A stretch of DNA of 64,000 nt from Felis catus (Eukaryota). The stretch covers positions 22,322,001-22,386,000 of the forward strand of contig NC_058383.1 in NCBI RefSeq assembly GCF_018350175.1, written 5' to 3'. Below, piece by piece: positions 24,430-37,300 of this stretch. Under the pieces are notes generated by a model, which searched no databases, was not told the DNA's origin, and was given only the letters and a program-made list of their open reading frames with translations. The first letter of the stretch is position 1; each line of letters opens with the position of its first letter. The translations under genes were made by a program, and so were the position numbers.

Positions 24430-24628
24430 TCCTGTGCTTGAGCCAGCTCATGAGCCAACTGTATGCATCCCTTCTCAACTCTGTGCTCAGACATGTCACA
24501 TGAAATTGACCACGGTGGGATATTTACACCCATGGAAATCAGCACTCAGCAAGCATTACACACCAGGGTTGTGTTTTTGTTTCTTTACCAGAAAGCGAAT
24601 TATTAGGCATTTATCAGCACATCACTGC
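24430..24628 (+). mobile_element. MER63-like hAT MITE
   Basis: 'tgaaattgaccacggtgggatatttacacccatggaaatcagca...catttatcagcacatcactg'. Confidence 0.7.
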
Positions 24629-27129
24629 TTCTTCCATCCTTTCCTGACGCACAGACCAGGAGGACCTTGCGACACAAAGATTCTACAGCTCCTGGTCTAT
24701 GATGTCCAGGAAGCCAAGAGGTCACTAAGCATCTCCCCCAAAGAAGTGCCACAGAGGCTCGCTCATTCAACCGAGAATTATTGGACACCTATTACGTGCA
24801 CCCACAGCCTACCATCCTTTGGCAAGGGTTATAGGAACCCTGCCATCTATCATTCATCAGCCCTGAAGGATTTTCACAGCTGTGACAAATGGGAGAAGGA
24901 AATTAATAATAAGTCCCAAAGGTGGCAGGGGAGGATCACATATATCATTTCCGTATCGTCCCCCATCAATGGCAAATTACCTCCTGATGACAGGATACCC
25001 CGTCCCCCGGGCTCACCCACACTCACCACACATAGCAGGAATTGAGTGAAATAAAGACCCAGTCTTTCATGTTCTCACTGCCAGAATTGTCAGAGTGCCC
25101 CCTTGGGTGCTGGGAACATCAGAGAGCTTGGAGATTTGGTCTCTGAAATGAGGAGGCTGCTGCCCCATGCAGAACCCTACTCTCTGCCCCTCAATCTGCC
25201 ATGCTCTTTGTTCCCCCCCACCCCCGTCCCTCCATCCTCCTCTCTGCCCTTCAGTGCCTTCTCTTTCTGCTCATCAGTACCTCCTTCTCCCCACCCCCCA
25301 GTCCCCTTCTCTCTCTGCCCCTCATTCTCTTCTGCCCATTTCTTCTCAGCCGGCAATGACAGGAAGTACAGATGGAGACAAAGCAGACATTCCTTAAAAT
25401 GCTGATATGAAACTAGCCAATTCACATTAATTTGGCACACTGGCTCTTGGAAGACTGACCTAGAGCTACACCATGAACTAGATCCCCATGAGGATTTGGG
25501 AGCAGGTGGTGGAGGGAAATTACTCAACTCCCAGAATCTGGCCCATCAAGACCTGTCTCTGACCCTGACACTGTCACCCTCTACGGTCCTCCCTCCAGTC
25601 ATCGAATGACAGATGTCCTGTCAGCAGGAAGGGGATCTGGCTTGAGTAAGGCATGAACTCCAGGGACCACCTGTACCCCTAAGCTCTGCCAAGAGGAAAT
25701 GTGGGCAAAGCAGAGAACCATTTGAGACCATGGGGGGACCCTGACTTCCCCAGAAGGGCCAAAGGGCCGTAACATTTGACTTTGATGACTCAAGCGTTTG
25801 TCATTCCAACTCCCCCACAGCAGGGTGAATAAAAAAATCTAAAGATTTAACTTAAAAAAAAAAAAAAAGTTTAACAAGTTAATTTTCTAAATTTAAAATG
25901 TTTCAGAAAGAAACAACCTACAGAAGGGTAATTTTAAGCTATATTAAAGCACAAAGATGACATCATGAAATTCTAATTATATAGACTTTGAGGCAATAGA
26001 GTCAGGCAATTCTTCTGGGTGCAGTTAGAAATTTCTCACAATATGTCAACACTACGTGGGTAACCCATCTTCTGGACATACTGAAAGTCCGTCTCATAGA
26101 TTATTTGAAAAAGGGAAATTGTAGGTACCCTTCTGAGACCCCACGCAAGATTAGAGCTCGTCGGTCTCACTGTTGACCCGGAATTTCTCTCCCAAGATAA
26201 GATTATTTCTAAGAGCATATTTATAAAGATGAGAGTTGGGACCAGACCAAACCTATCATCAGTTTATAGATCCATATGGAACCAAGCTGTTACCTCTCCA
26301 GAAAAGGGACAGCAGTGACCTGGGGTAAAAATCTGGGGGCCCGGTGCCTTCCCCAGGTGATCTCTTTCCTTCCATGTCGGGAAAGGAAAAGTGAATTCAT
26401 CCATTAGCAAAGTGTCCTAGCGCAGTGCCTGACACACAGTAAACCCACAGAAAGTGTGATGACATCCGTGAGGAGGACGGAGAAATGCACTCCAAGCCAC
26501 CCGGTGCTATTTCTTGCAAGTGCCGTGTGGCAAGGTGGAAAAAATGGAAATCACTCCATTCGCTAACTTTTCCTCTAAAAACGCATCCTGTTTCTGAGAC
26601 ATCTTACGCATCTCAGTAAACCTTCACATTTTTAAAGGCACAAGGCCCGTATGATTTATATGCGTGTGTAACACAGTCAAATAGAGCACATGCGCACACG
26701 TGGAGGCTTTACAACAACGCCCAAAGGTAGGGCATCATCAGGTGTCTCATTTTATGGCTGAGAATGCTCTGAAGCTTCAGAGCAGTTAACGGAGCCCCAC
26801 ATGACCCTGGTGGGGACAGTACAGCAAGGACTGGAGTCCCTGACCCTTCCTCCTCACAACTTCTTTTCTGCTGTCCTGCTCTGCCTGACTTTATCGCTAC
26901 ACTGCTATTCCCAGAATTGCCCCGGATGCTCCACGGGAAACAAGAAGTGGGAAAAGACAGACTCTGCCCCCAAGAAATGAGAATCATGAACAACTTTTGT
27001 CTCCTTTCCTGAAATCACAGCAAAACTCAGAAGCCGGCGGCAGGTGGACCAGAGGAGGAGCGGAAGTTAGGACGCCTCCATCCCTAGGTTTGATTTCTGA
27101 AAAGGAGTTGAGGGCCAGGCTTCTTGGTG

Positions 27130-27336
27130 TTTTTACTTATTTATTTTTTAATGTTGATTCATTTTTGAGAGAGCGTGTGTGATTGGGGGAAGGGCAGAGA
27201 AAGAGGGGGAGAGAGGATCTGAAGCAGGCTCTGCACTGACAGCACTGAGCCCGACGTGAGGCTTGAACTCACGAACCATGAGATCATAACCTGAGCTGAA
27301 GCTGGATGCCCACCGACTGAGCCACCCAGGTGCCCC
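27130..27336 (-). mobile_element. CanSINE
   Basis: Reverse element; TSD 'caggcttcttggt'. Confidence 0.94.
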
Positions 27337-28057
27337 ACAGGCTTCTTGGTATTTTTAAAGGGCCAAGGGAATGAGCCTATCCTAGGAATGCAGCAGAGAG
27401 GAAATTAACTTTCAATGAGCATTTGTGGAGGTTCTTTAAAAAAAAAAAAAATCCATATTTAATGCTACAGCGAGATTGGATTATTTCATCATGCCAGCAA
27501 TGCAATGGAGGCTCAAGGAGACTGAAGAACACAAAATTAGAAAAGAGGACAAAAATGGAACACGCACCCAGCTGCTGTCCATATGCTCCCCAGGACGTCC
27601 CAAGGCCTTCCTCAAACCACTCTCCAAACTCCGACTCTCCAAACTCCAGGGTCACACATCTTTGAAGGAACACAGCACCGGCGAGAACCTAATTCTACAC
27701 AAATGCCAAATATTTTCCCTGACACGATACACCCACACTCTGTCCCTCACTTTGGTATGCTCTGATGGCATGATACGCTCTGGCCTGCCAAGTCTGACTT
27801 TTTCTTTTTTAATCCTCACTTTCCTATAGACACACGGCCGAGGTGGCTTTGCCAATCCGTGATTAATGTTCAAGGTTCCTACATTTCCTTCTGTTGTAGA
27901 GGACTAGGCCACCCTTCTCTGGCTTTCTGCCAAGACAGCAGAGGAGAAAGAGCGAGTGGGCAGGGAGGTGGTCAGGGGGATGACGGCTGGAGACTGAAGG
28001 GATCATTTTTTCCCTACGTCATCCAACTAGTTAGGGCTGCTAAGAAAGTTACTGGTT

Positions 28058-28266
28058 GGGGCGCCTGGGTGGCGCAGTCGGTTAAGCGTCCGACTTCAGC
28101 CGGGTCACGATCTCGTGGTCCGTGAGTTCGAGCCCCGTGTCAGGCTCTGGGCTGATGGCTCAGAGCCTGGAGCCTGTTTCCGAGTCTGTGTCTCCCTCTC
28201 TCTCTGCCCCTCCCCCGTTCATGCTCTGTCTCTCTCTGTCCCAAAAATAAATAAACGTTGAAAAAA

Positions 28267-28317
<51 letters not shown>

Positions 28318-28320
28318 AAT
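28058..28320 (+). mobile_element. Young felid CanSINE with (AAAT)n tail
   Basis: SINEC_Fc diagnostics; perfect TSD 'gaaagttactggtt' at 28044 and 28321. Confidence 0.97.
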
Positions 28321-28454
28321 GAAAGTTACTGGTTTTGGCTACTGGGTGGTGTTTTGTAACCAGCTCCCTTACCTAATGGTCTTAGCAGGAAAGGTTTTTC
28401 CAAGTGATCCCTTTAGAGCTTCTGAAATTAATAATAATGTAATTTGTGAATACT

Positions 28455-29060
28455 GTTAATGTGGCATTCTTTTTTCTGATATGTAATTACTATTTATACA
28501 TTCCTCTTCTTGTTTCATTGACAGAACAACAACAAATAACAGTGCTGATAGCAACCATCCTTCATTTATTCTTGACTTTAATGGGAATGCCTCCAGTAGC
28601 ATAAAATTAAGCATATTTTTGGCTACGAGTTGGCCATAGATCGTCTTTATCAGGCGGAGAAAGTATATTTTTATTCTTAGTTCTTTCTCTGAGTTTTCAC
28701 CAAGAATGAATATCGAAATTTTAGCAAATACTTTTTTGGCATCTATGAAGAAGATCACATTTTTTTTCCTTTGACAGATCAATGGGATTTGTTAATAGAC
28801 TTCCTAATAATAAACCATAATGTATTTCTAGAATGAACTTTCCTTGACCACGGTGCATTGTTCTTTTCATATCCAAAAGATTCAATCTGCCAAAGTTTTA
28901 TTTAGGATAATTTTCTCTGTGTTTGTAAGTGAGATTAGAATATGCCTTTATTTTTTTGTGCTGTCTTTGTCAGAATTCTGCATCTTTATCATGCTAGGTC
29001 AGAGAGAAAAACAGATTGTTTTCTTCTTTTTCTATGGTTTAGAGAAGTTTTTCAAAAACC
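28455..29060 (-). mobile_element. L1 ORF2 (reverse transcriptase domain) fossil
   Basis: ORF 28456..28782 'IFFIDAKKVFAKI...LEAFPLKSRINEGWLLSALLFVVVL' corresponds to L1 RT 'IDAEKAFDKI...LKAFPLRSGTRQGCPLSPLLFNIVL'. Confidence 0.85.
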
Positions 29061-29139
29061 AAAAGGGTTACTAGTCCTGGAGGGTTTGCTGATGGGTTTG
29101 AAAACTTTCATCATTTCCTTCTCCGCACTTAGCCTAGAC

Positions 29140-29345
29140 CAGGGGCCAGTAAATTATAGCTTGCAAGCCTGCCCCTTGCTTTCATAAATAAAACTTTATT
29201 GGAACACCGTCATGCCCACTTCTTTACAAACGATCTATGGCTGCTTTCATGCTACAACGGCAGAGTTGAGTAATTGCTACGGAATGTCCCGCAAACCTAA
29301 AATAGTTCTATCTGGCCCTTTAAGAAAAGCTTTTCCAACCTCTAG
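29140..29345 (-). mobile_element. MER58-like hAT MITE
   Basis: 'aataaaactttattggaacac...ctatggctgctttcatgctacaacggcagagttgagt...cctaaaatagttctatctggccctttaagaaaa'. Confidence 0.8.
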
Positions 29346-29913
29346 TCAAGAAAACAATTTGGGGATTTCTGTTTCCTCAGACTTTCAGATTTAATACCAG
29401 ACGTTAACAACAACTACCTTCTGAGATCTACAAAGTGCCCAGCAATGAGCTGAGCCCTTAACATGTATTTTTTCCACTGAATCAATACAATCACTGCATT
29501 ATTATCCCCACTTTACAGTGGAGGAGAGTAAATAACTTGCCTAAGATCAGGAGAGGGGAGTGGAAAAGCTATGATATAAATCCACACGTACGTGTGCTGA
29601 ACACCATTGTGGGATTATGTCTTGTTATCTTATAATTTTTCCTATCTCTGTATTTATATCTTTTCTCATTCTTAATTTGCATATTAAGGACATATATCCA
29701 TTATACGTATTATACACTCATTTTCACATATTCATTTCATACACACACACACACACACACACACATATATGAAGAGTTAAAACATCTATTTTATTGGCTT
29801 TTTGTTTGTTTTGCTTTGTCCTATTTTCCAGGACTAATTCTTAGAGTTATGCACACAATGCTTTTTAAAATATGTTCTATACTACATCGGAGTATAAAAT
29901 ATTATGTATTCTT

Positions 29914-30111
29914 GAGGCGCCTGGGTGGCTCAGTCGGTTAAGCGTCCAACTTCGGCTCAGGTCATAATCTCGCTGTTTGTGAGTTCGAGCCCCACGTCGG
30001 GCTCTGTGCTGACAGCTCAGAACCTAGAGCCTGCTTCAGATTCTGTGTCTCCCTCTCTCTCTCTGCCCCTTCCCCACTCACACTCCATCTGTCCTTCTCA
30101 AAAATAAACAT

Positions 30112-30175
<64 letters not shown>
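29914..30175 (+). mobile_element. CanSINE with (GAAA)n tail
   Basis: Head 'gaggcgcctgggtggctcagtcgg'; (GAAA)n at about 30114-30175. Confidence 0.95.
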
Positions 30176-30176
<1 letters not shown>

Positions 30177-30199
30177 ATACTATATATTCTAACACTATA

Positions 30200-30413
30200 T
30201 TTTTTTAATGTTTATTTTTGAGAGAAAGAGAGAGACAGAGGCAGAGCACAAGTGGTAGAGGGGCAGAGAGAGAGGGAGACACAGAATCTAAAATGGGCTC
30301 CAGGCTCTAAGCTGTCAGCACGGAGCCTGACACGGGGCTCAAACTCACGGACCCTAAGATCATGACCTGAGCTGAAGTCAGGCGCTTAACCGACCGAGCC
30401 ACCCAGGCACCCC
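30200..30413 (-). mobile_element. CanSINE
   Basis: Reverse head 'gagccacccaggcacccc'. Confidence 0.95.
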
Positions 30414-30439
30414 ATATCTATTTTTTAAGTTTTTATTTT

Positions 30440-30648
30440 TTTAAGTTTATTTACTTATTTTGAAAGAGAGAGAGAGAGAGCACAAGCGAGGGAGGAACAG
30501 AAGACAGAGGGAGAGAGAGAATCCCAAGCAGACTCTGCGCTGTCAGCACAAAGCCCAATGCGTGGCTTGAACCCATGAACTGCGAGCTAATGACCTGAGC
30601 AGAAATCAAGAGTTGGACACTTAACTGACTGAGCCACCCAGGTGCCCC
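30440..30648 (-). mobile_element. CanSINE
   Basis: Reverse element; TSD 'taagtttttattt'. Confidence 0.94.
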
Positions 30649-30654
30649 TAAGTT

Positions 30655-30671
30655 TTTATTTATTTATTTAT

Positions 30672-30723
<52 letters not shown>

Positions 30724-30887
30724 AATGAGCAGGGGAGGGGCAGACAGAGAAGAGAGAGAATCCCAAGCAAGCTCCACTCTGTCAGCACAGAGCCCAATGC
30801 GGGGCTTAAACTCATGAACCCTGAGATCATGACCTGAGCCGAAATCAAGAGTTGGACACTTAACCGACAGAGCCATTCAGGTGCCCC
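30655..30887 (-). mobile_element. CanSINE with long (GA)n
   Basis: Reverse head 'gagccattcaggtgcccc'. Confidence 0.94.
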
Positions 30888-30999
30888 TCTAATGCTATAT
30901 TTGAATTCTACATTCTTAATTTTCTCCTGGGGAGTTTTTTTCCTTCCCGTTACCCCTGCAGTGGAATTAAGCTAATTTGTAGTCATTTTGGTCGGTTAA

Positions 31000-31119
31000 T
31001 TTTTTTTTAATTTTTTTTATATATATTTTAAGTAGGCTCTACACCCAACATGGGACTTGAACTCTCTACCCTGAGATCAAGAGTGGCATATTCTACCAAC
31101 TAAGCCTGCCAGGCACCCC
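31000..31119 (-). mobile_element. Short old CanSINE (SINEC_old-like)
   Basis: 'aagtaggctctacacccaacatgggacttgaactc...ctgagatcaagagt...ccaggcacccc'. Confidence 0.85.
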
Positions 31120-31254
31120 TAGTTGGTTAATATTTTTTATTTCTAAAACTATAAATTTGGGATACAGATTTGACACTATCTCATACACTGTGACTTATAA
31201 TACTTTATCATCAACTATACTATATAGCCTAAAATAAAACTTTTCAGTTTCTTT

Positions 31255-32988
31255 TTTCATTAAACTTTGTATTTGGAGATAATTGTAGAGTTTGATGCAG
31301 TTATAAATTATAAAGGATCGCATGCATCCTTTACCCAGTCTCTCCCAAAGGTAACATCTTGCAAAACTTACCACATCACAACACAACCAAGATATGTGAC
31401 ATTGATACAGTCAAGATACAGAACATTTCACAGGATCCCCCATGGTGCCCTTTTACAGTCACACCCACTTCTGTCCACCCCCACCCTTTCCTCACTCTTG
31501 GCAATCACTAATCTGTTCTCCATTTCTATAATTTTGACATTTCAAGAATGTTACATAATTATAATCATACAGTATATAACCTTTAGGGATTGGCTTTTTT
31601 CGCTTGGCATAATTCTCTGGTGATTCATCCAGGTTGTTGCTCATGTCAATAGTTCATTCCTGACTGATATTATGTGATGTGGATATACCAGCTTGTTGAG
31701 CTATTTACCTGTTGAAGAACATGCGGGTTGTTTCCAGCTTTTGGCTATTATGAATGAAGCTGCCATAAACATTTGCACAGAGGTCTTAGCATGAGCTTCT
31801 AAGTTTTCATTTCTCAGGGATAAATACCCAAGAGTATAATTCCTGGATCGTATCACAACTGCATTTTCAGTTTTTTAAGAAACCACAGAGCTATTTTCCA
31901 AGCTGGCTGTCCCATTTTACATTCCCACTAAAAATAGGTTAAGAGTGAGCCAGTGTCTCTGCATCCTCGCCAGCATCTGCTGTTGGCATTATTTTTTATT
32001 TTAGCCATTCTGATAAGTGTGCAGTGATATCTCATTGTGGGGCATGTGTGTGTGTCTGTCTGTGTGTATGTGTCCTTAAACATCTTTTTATGTGTTTTTC
32101 ATCTGTATCTCCTTTCCTGTGAAATGTCTGCTAATATCTTTTGCCCATTTTCTAACTGGGTTGTTTGTTTAGTTGAGTGTTAAGTGTTCTTCATACAGTC
32201 TAGATAATGGTCCTTTGCAGATATGTGGTTTCCAAATATCTGGTAGCAGTCGGTAGTCTGTCTTTCTTTCTCTTAAGGGGTCTTTCACAGAGCAATAGTA
32301 CAAAATTTTGACGAGGTCCAATTTTTCCACTTTTCCTTTTATGGTTCATGCTTTTGGTGTCAAGTCTAAGAACTGTTTGCCTGGCTCCAGATTCCAAAGA
32401 TTTTCTCCCGTGTTTTCTTCTGAAAGTTTTATAGTTTTACGTTTTACTTTTAAGTCCATGATCTATTTTGAGTGAGTTTTTGTATAAAGCATGAGACTTA
32501 GGCCGAGGTTCATTTTTTTGCCCATAGGATACAACTGCGCCTTGTTGAAAATGCAATTTCCTCCACTGAACTGCTTTTGTGCCTTTGTCAAAAATCAATT
32601 AGACATACTTGTGTGAGTCCATTTCTGTGTTCTCTATTCTGTTCCATTGACCTACGTATCTATCTCTCCACTGACACTACCCAGTCTTGATTACCGTTGC
32701 TATGTAATAAGACTGATTCTTCCCACTTTATTCTTTTTTTTCAAAACTGTTTTATCTATTCCAGCTCCTTTGCCTTTTCACTTAATTACTGAATAATCTT
32801 GCTTACATCTATAAAATAACTTTGTTGGGACTTTGATAGGAATTACATCAAACCTGTGTATCAATCTGGGGAGAACGGATATCTTTATTATGTTAAGTCT
32901 TTCATGTTCATTGTTAGTAGACAGTAATACAATTGATATTTGTATGTTTATTCTGTATCCTGCAACCTTGCCAACTGCAGGACAATTA

Positions 32989-33038
<50 letters not shown>

Positions 33039-33200
33039 TGTTTTTTTAAGAATCCCTGGGATTTTCTGCATAGACAATCATGTTATCTGCAAATAAGGAC
33101 AGTTTTATTTCTTCCTTTCTTTACCTGTATGCCTTTTAAAAAACTTTTCTTGCCTTATTACAATGCTTACAACTGGCTAGACCATCCAGACTATGTTGAA
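31255..33200 (-). mobile_element. L1 (L1MC/L1MD-like) 3' region with ORF2 remnants; internal (GT)n at about 32993-33037
   Basis: Antisense L1 3' UTR motifs; ORF 32778..33077 contains 'LNIIKISVLPRLIHRFDVIPIKVP' (L1 ORF2-like). Confidence 0.88.
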
Positions 33201-33514
33201 TATGTCCCAGGATTATTAAGTAAAGTGTTTTATTTTTAAACCCTTGAGTTTTATAACCTTAGTTACTAATTTCTAGTTTTATTTCATTTTGATCAAAAAG
33301 TTGATGGCATATTTTCTGATTAAATATTCCATATATAAGACAATCAATTACGTATGCTTCCCTTATCATCACTCCCATACTATCTACTTTGCAGTCTTCA
33401 TTAACATAAACTGGGATTTTAAACTCAAATAGACTATGAGGTTATTTTTATGCCACATGGCCTTTCATTCACAAATATTTTTGACATCTGCTATATATTT
33501 TATTATTAAGACTT

Positions 33515-33730
33515 TTTTATTTTTTAAAGTTTTTTTTTTAATGTTTATTTATTTTTGAGAGAAACAGAGAGTGCAAGCTTGGGAGGAGCACAGAGAGAAA
33601 GAGACAGAGGATCTGAAGTGGGCTCTGTGCTGTTAGCACAGAGCCCTATGTGGCACTCAAACCCACAAACTGCGAGATCATGACCTGAGCCAATGTCGGA
33701 CACTTAACCAACCAAGCCACCCAGGCACCC
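33515..33730 (-). mobile_element. CanSINE
   Basis: Reverse head 'aagccacccaggcaccc'. Confidence 0.93.
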
Positions 33731-34589
33731 TTAGACTTTAGTTTCAATCAGTTTAACGTTCAAAGCAAAACTGAGGGGGAGGTAGAGAGAGTTCCCACAT
33801 ATTCCTGCCCCCAAACGTGCACAGCCTCCCTTATTACCCTGACACCAGAAGGCTTCATTTGTCACAAGTGATGAACAATCTGCCAACTATTTTAATACAA
33901 GATTTATAGCAATCATTTGGACTTAATATTATGTTTAAGTACTTGATGTATTCACCCCAGTTCCTCTATACCATAACTTCTTCCTTGTTGAGTTCCTAAT
34001 ATTGGATCTTCTCTCAATCAGATGGACAACATCTTCAAATAACTCTTTCATCAGTGGTATATTTCCAGAGCCTTTTTATATCTGAAAACTGTCTGTTGCC
34101 TTCACACATTAATGCAAGTTTGAGAATCAAATATGTAGATGATATTTCCCCTCAAAACTCTGCTGATGGCAGCTGCATTGTCTTAAGTCTCCTATTACTC
34201 ACTGCAAATACATATCCAGACCCTGGAGTTGCCAAAAGACACATGGTGTGGATTATCCTTAGTCCTGCTCTCTGCCCACTTTGATGATGATCAGATCCAC
34301 TTCTCAAGCCAAGGCTGGAGGCCAGGATAATGTACACAGCACCAGGTTTCTAGCACGTACTCATCCACTGCTGCTCTGTTGTCCTCAAACAGACTCTTCT
34401 CTCCTCCACTATCTGGTTCTCCGATCCCAGGATGCACTCACACCATAGTTCCTCTGGTCTCTCCTCGGCACCTTACCTATGCAAGTCATGTCACTCGAGG
34501 TTCAGTTCACCACCAACAGTTCCCTACACAAACCAGGGCACAATTAAACTGCCTCACTTAACTTCCTGACTTCTCTGAGGAAATGTAGG

Positions 34590-35455
34590 AAGATTAGGGG
34601 TTGTAAGAAGCCTCTGGTCATTTCAAAAGTAATTCCTGAGCAGAAGAGGGCTGACTTTTTACTTGGTACAAACTTGGGTCTCTTAGTTTAGGAACAGAAC
34701 AGCAGAAGAGACACTACTGTTTCGATTTATCTTTGCCTCCAGAGGTGATGCCTAGAGTGAAAGGACCCAATCCAGCCCTATCTGCCTTACGGTTTATAGA
34801 GATTTCACTGAGATTCCACCAACTGGTTCTCTATTTCCAGTGTTGTTAATAGCATTCCTCCTATTCTATGCTATCATAGGCATTTGAGGGAAAAGTTAGA
34901 AATGCTGCATTAGAGGCTGATAACCAACTGTTATTTTCAACCTGTGCCAATACTAAGTCTTTACTTGGGGTTATAGAGCTTCCAGTGTTCATGGCAGTTG
35001 CAGATCCTGTCTTGCATGAACCAGTGTGGTCCTACTGTGCTAATAATATGGGAGGGTTTCCTTCCAGGAGATAGCTCTACAACAAATCCCCATAGAACAG
35101 TGGTTCTCAGAGTTCAGTGTACAGAAGCATTGCCTGGGTAGCTTATTAAAAATTGATCAGGCTCCACCCCAAAGATTCTAATGGAATCCAGGGTCTACAT
35201 TTTTAACAAACACCAGGGGGTGCACGCAGGTGGTCCAAGAACAGCTCTTGGAGAACTGCAGCACCAGAAGCACCTCCTCTAAAACCATCAGGCATGAACT
35301 TTTCAGCTGCCTCATCTGGTAGTTCCTCAAGGCCACAAATGGAAAGAGGTAAATATAATTCTGCACCTACTACAACTGCTGCAACAGAACTGCCTGGTGC
35401 AGCCACACTAGATAAGGCAACAAATTTTTTCACTGCTTGTTAGACTTCAGCAAAT
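34590..35455 (-). pseudogene. Possible decayed coding fossil of unknown origin (strand uncertain), split by MER5A
   Basis: Strong codon-like 3-periodicity with frameshifts and stops; no family recognised. Confidence 0.3.
35098..35261 (+). mobile_element. MER5A-like hAT MITE
   Basis: 'cagtggttctca...cagaagcattgcctgggtagcttattaaaa...catttttaacaa...gagaactgcag'; imperfect 8-bp TSD ccatagaa/caccagaa. Confidence 0.8.
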
Positions 35456-36345
35456 GCCCTTTCGCCAAAAAAATAGCACTTAATGGGAATTCTAGAGATG
35501 GATTTCTACACATCTGAAATGATGTATTTACCACATTATTCTTAATGGCATTGTTTGCAAAAGCCCCAAATTGGAAATAATCTAAAGTTCACCACTAAAG
35601 GACTGGTTTTATAAATTATGAATCATCCATACAATGGAATACTCTGCATCTGTTTGTTTTTTTTTTAAGTATGAGAAAGCTCTTTTTACTACTTATACAG
35701 AACGATCTCCAAGATGCAGGGTGGGAGGGGAAAGGGGAGCAATTCAAATATGTAAAGATTGGCATGGCGTGAGCCCCCACCAGTCAGCGAAGATACGCAA
35801 CAAATCAGGACAAACGTCGGCCATTACACCATATGGAGCCTAATGACCAAATATCAGCAGACAAAAACAGCAAAGAATGTGGGTTGTAGTATCCCACCTT
35901 TTCCCATGAAAACATTGGGGGTGGGAGAAAAAAACTTCTGGAAGGAGTTGGGAAAAAGGGGTGGGTAGTGGATAAACAGGAGACAAATAAGTAACAGACT
36001 TTAAAACTACATACTTCCTTATATTTCTTGAACCATGTGAATATATTACCCCCCCCCCCAGTTACATTTTAAAACTCTCTAATTTTTTTTTAACTTATGA
36101 GATTTTTGATGTGGAAAAGGGAAATGCATGCCCAAGGCTGGTGTGACTTAATTTTAATTTTATATTCCTTTTGGGTCCCTGTGGTTTGGTATTTGTCAAA
36201 TGTGCCCATTAGCAAGCAGTTTGCTGCAGTAATGAAGGTGGGGTAAGCTTGCCTCGCCTATAATGGTAAGTGGCTACGATCCAATCAATGATGTTCAAGA
36301 GACTGACTGAATCAGGCTTTACAAAAAAGTACAGATTATCTCCCC

Positions 36346-36520
36346 CAGTAGCTCTCAAACCTGGCTGCTTGCTATAATCACCTGGGGAGCCTTTAATAAA
36401 ACCTGCTGCTCCTGCCTCACCCCCACATATTCTGATTGAATTGGTTTGAGGTAGGGCCAGAGCACTGGGACCTCTAAAAGCTCCCCTAGGTCAATCTAAC
36501 ATGCAGCCACTAGTGACAAC
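36346..36520 (+). mobile_element. MER5A-like hAT MITE
   Basis: 'cagtagctctcaaacctggctgc...aatcacctggggagc...attctgattgaattggtttgagg...aaagctcccctaggt'. Confidence 0.8.
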
Positions 36521-37114
36521 CTCCTCACTTGGCAGGTCTGAGGTGAGATTCCGAATCCATATGTATAAACACGGCCTCCAGGTGATACCGTTCAGCCAGG
36601 TTTGTGACCATCGGCTCCAGATGTGCCTGCCACCCAAAATAAACCCTTCCTTGTTACCCCAACCATCACCACACTCAAGCAAGGACTTAAGCATTTGCAA
36701 AGGCCAGGTTTAGAGGAGAAAAGCCAACTTTGTTCAAGACGTAAGAACTCCATTTCCTAAATGAAGTCAGATATGGTTATTTCTGAGAGTGTGGCTCACA
36801 CTCCTACAGCCCCGGTTTCTTCCTCCTCCTCTTTCCTCCCCACACACAACTCCAAGGGCCCTGATCGGAAATCTGCCAGTGCTCACACCCCACCCTCTAG
36901 TACCCCAGTAACAGACCAAGAGGGAGAAAGCACACACGCGAACGCGTTCCATTTCGAACCTGAAGTGGGTAACGGTTCAAGGAGGGGAAAAACTTTGTAA
37001 ACTGAAAATACTTTCTAGAACTGGTTGTTGTAACAAAGACCAGTGGTGAGAAAGCCCAATTCCTAAGAATCGAAAAATAAAGATCTTCCTTCCCCTTAAA
37101 ATTGCTACTAAAGA

Positions 37115-37300
37115 TTTTTTTAAATTTTATTTTAGACAGAGCACACGAGCAGGGGAAAGGGCAGGGGAAAAGAGAAAGAGAAAGCGAATCCCAAGCAGGC
37201 TCTGTGCTCAACAAGGAGCTCAATCCCACAACCCTGGGACCACCACCTGGGCCAAAATCAAGAGTCGGACGCTCAACAACTGAGCCACCCAGGCACCCCC
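37115..37300 (-). mobile_element. CanSINE
   Basis: Reverse head 'gagccacccaggcacccc'. Confidence 0.92.

Noticed and set aside
24374..25045. 223-aa plus-strand ORF
   Set aside because: It spans a MIR end, a MER63-like MITE and L2-like sequence, with no protein-family features.
35345..35405. 'AAPGSSVAAVVVGAELYLPL' resembling a bacterial valyl-tRNA synthetase C-terminal motif
   Set aside because: The similarity is short and low-complexity and does not extend into the following coiled-coil, so it is insufficient for any call or horizontal-transfer claim.
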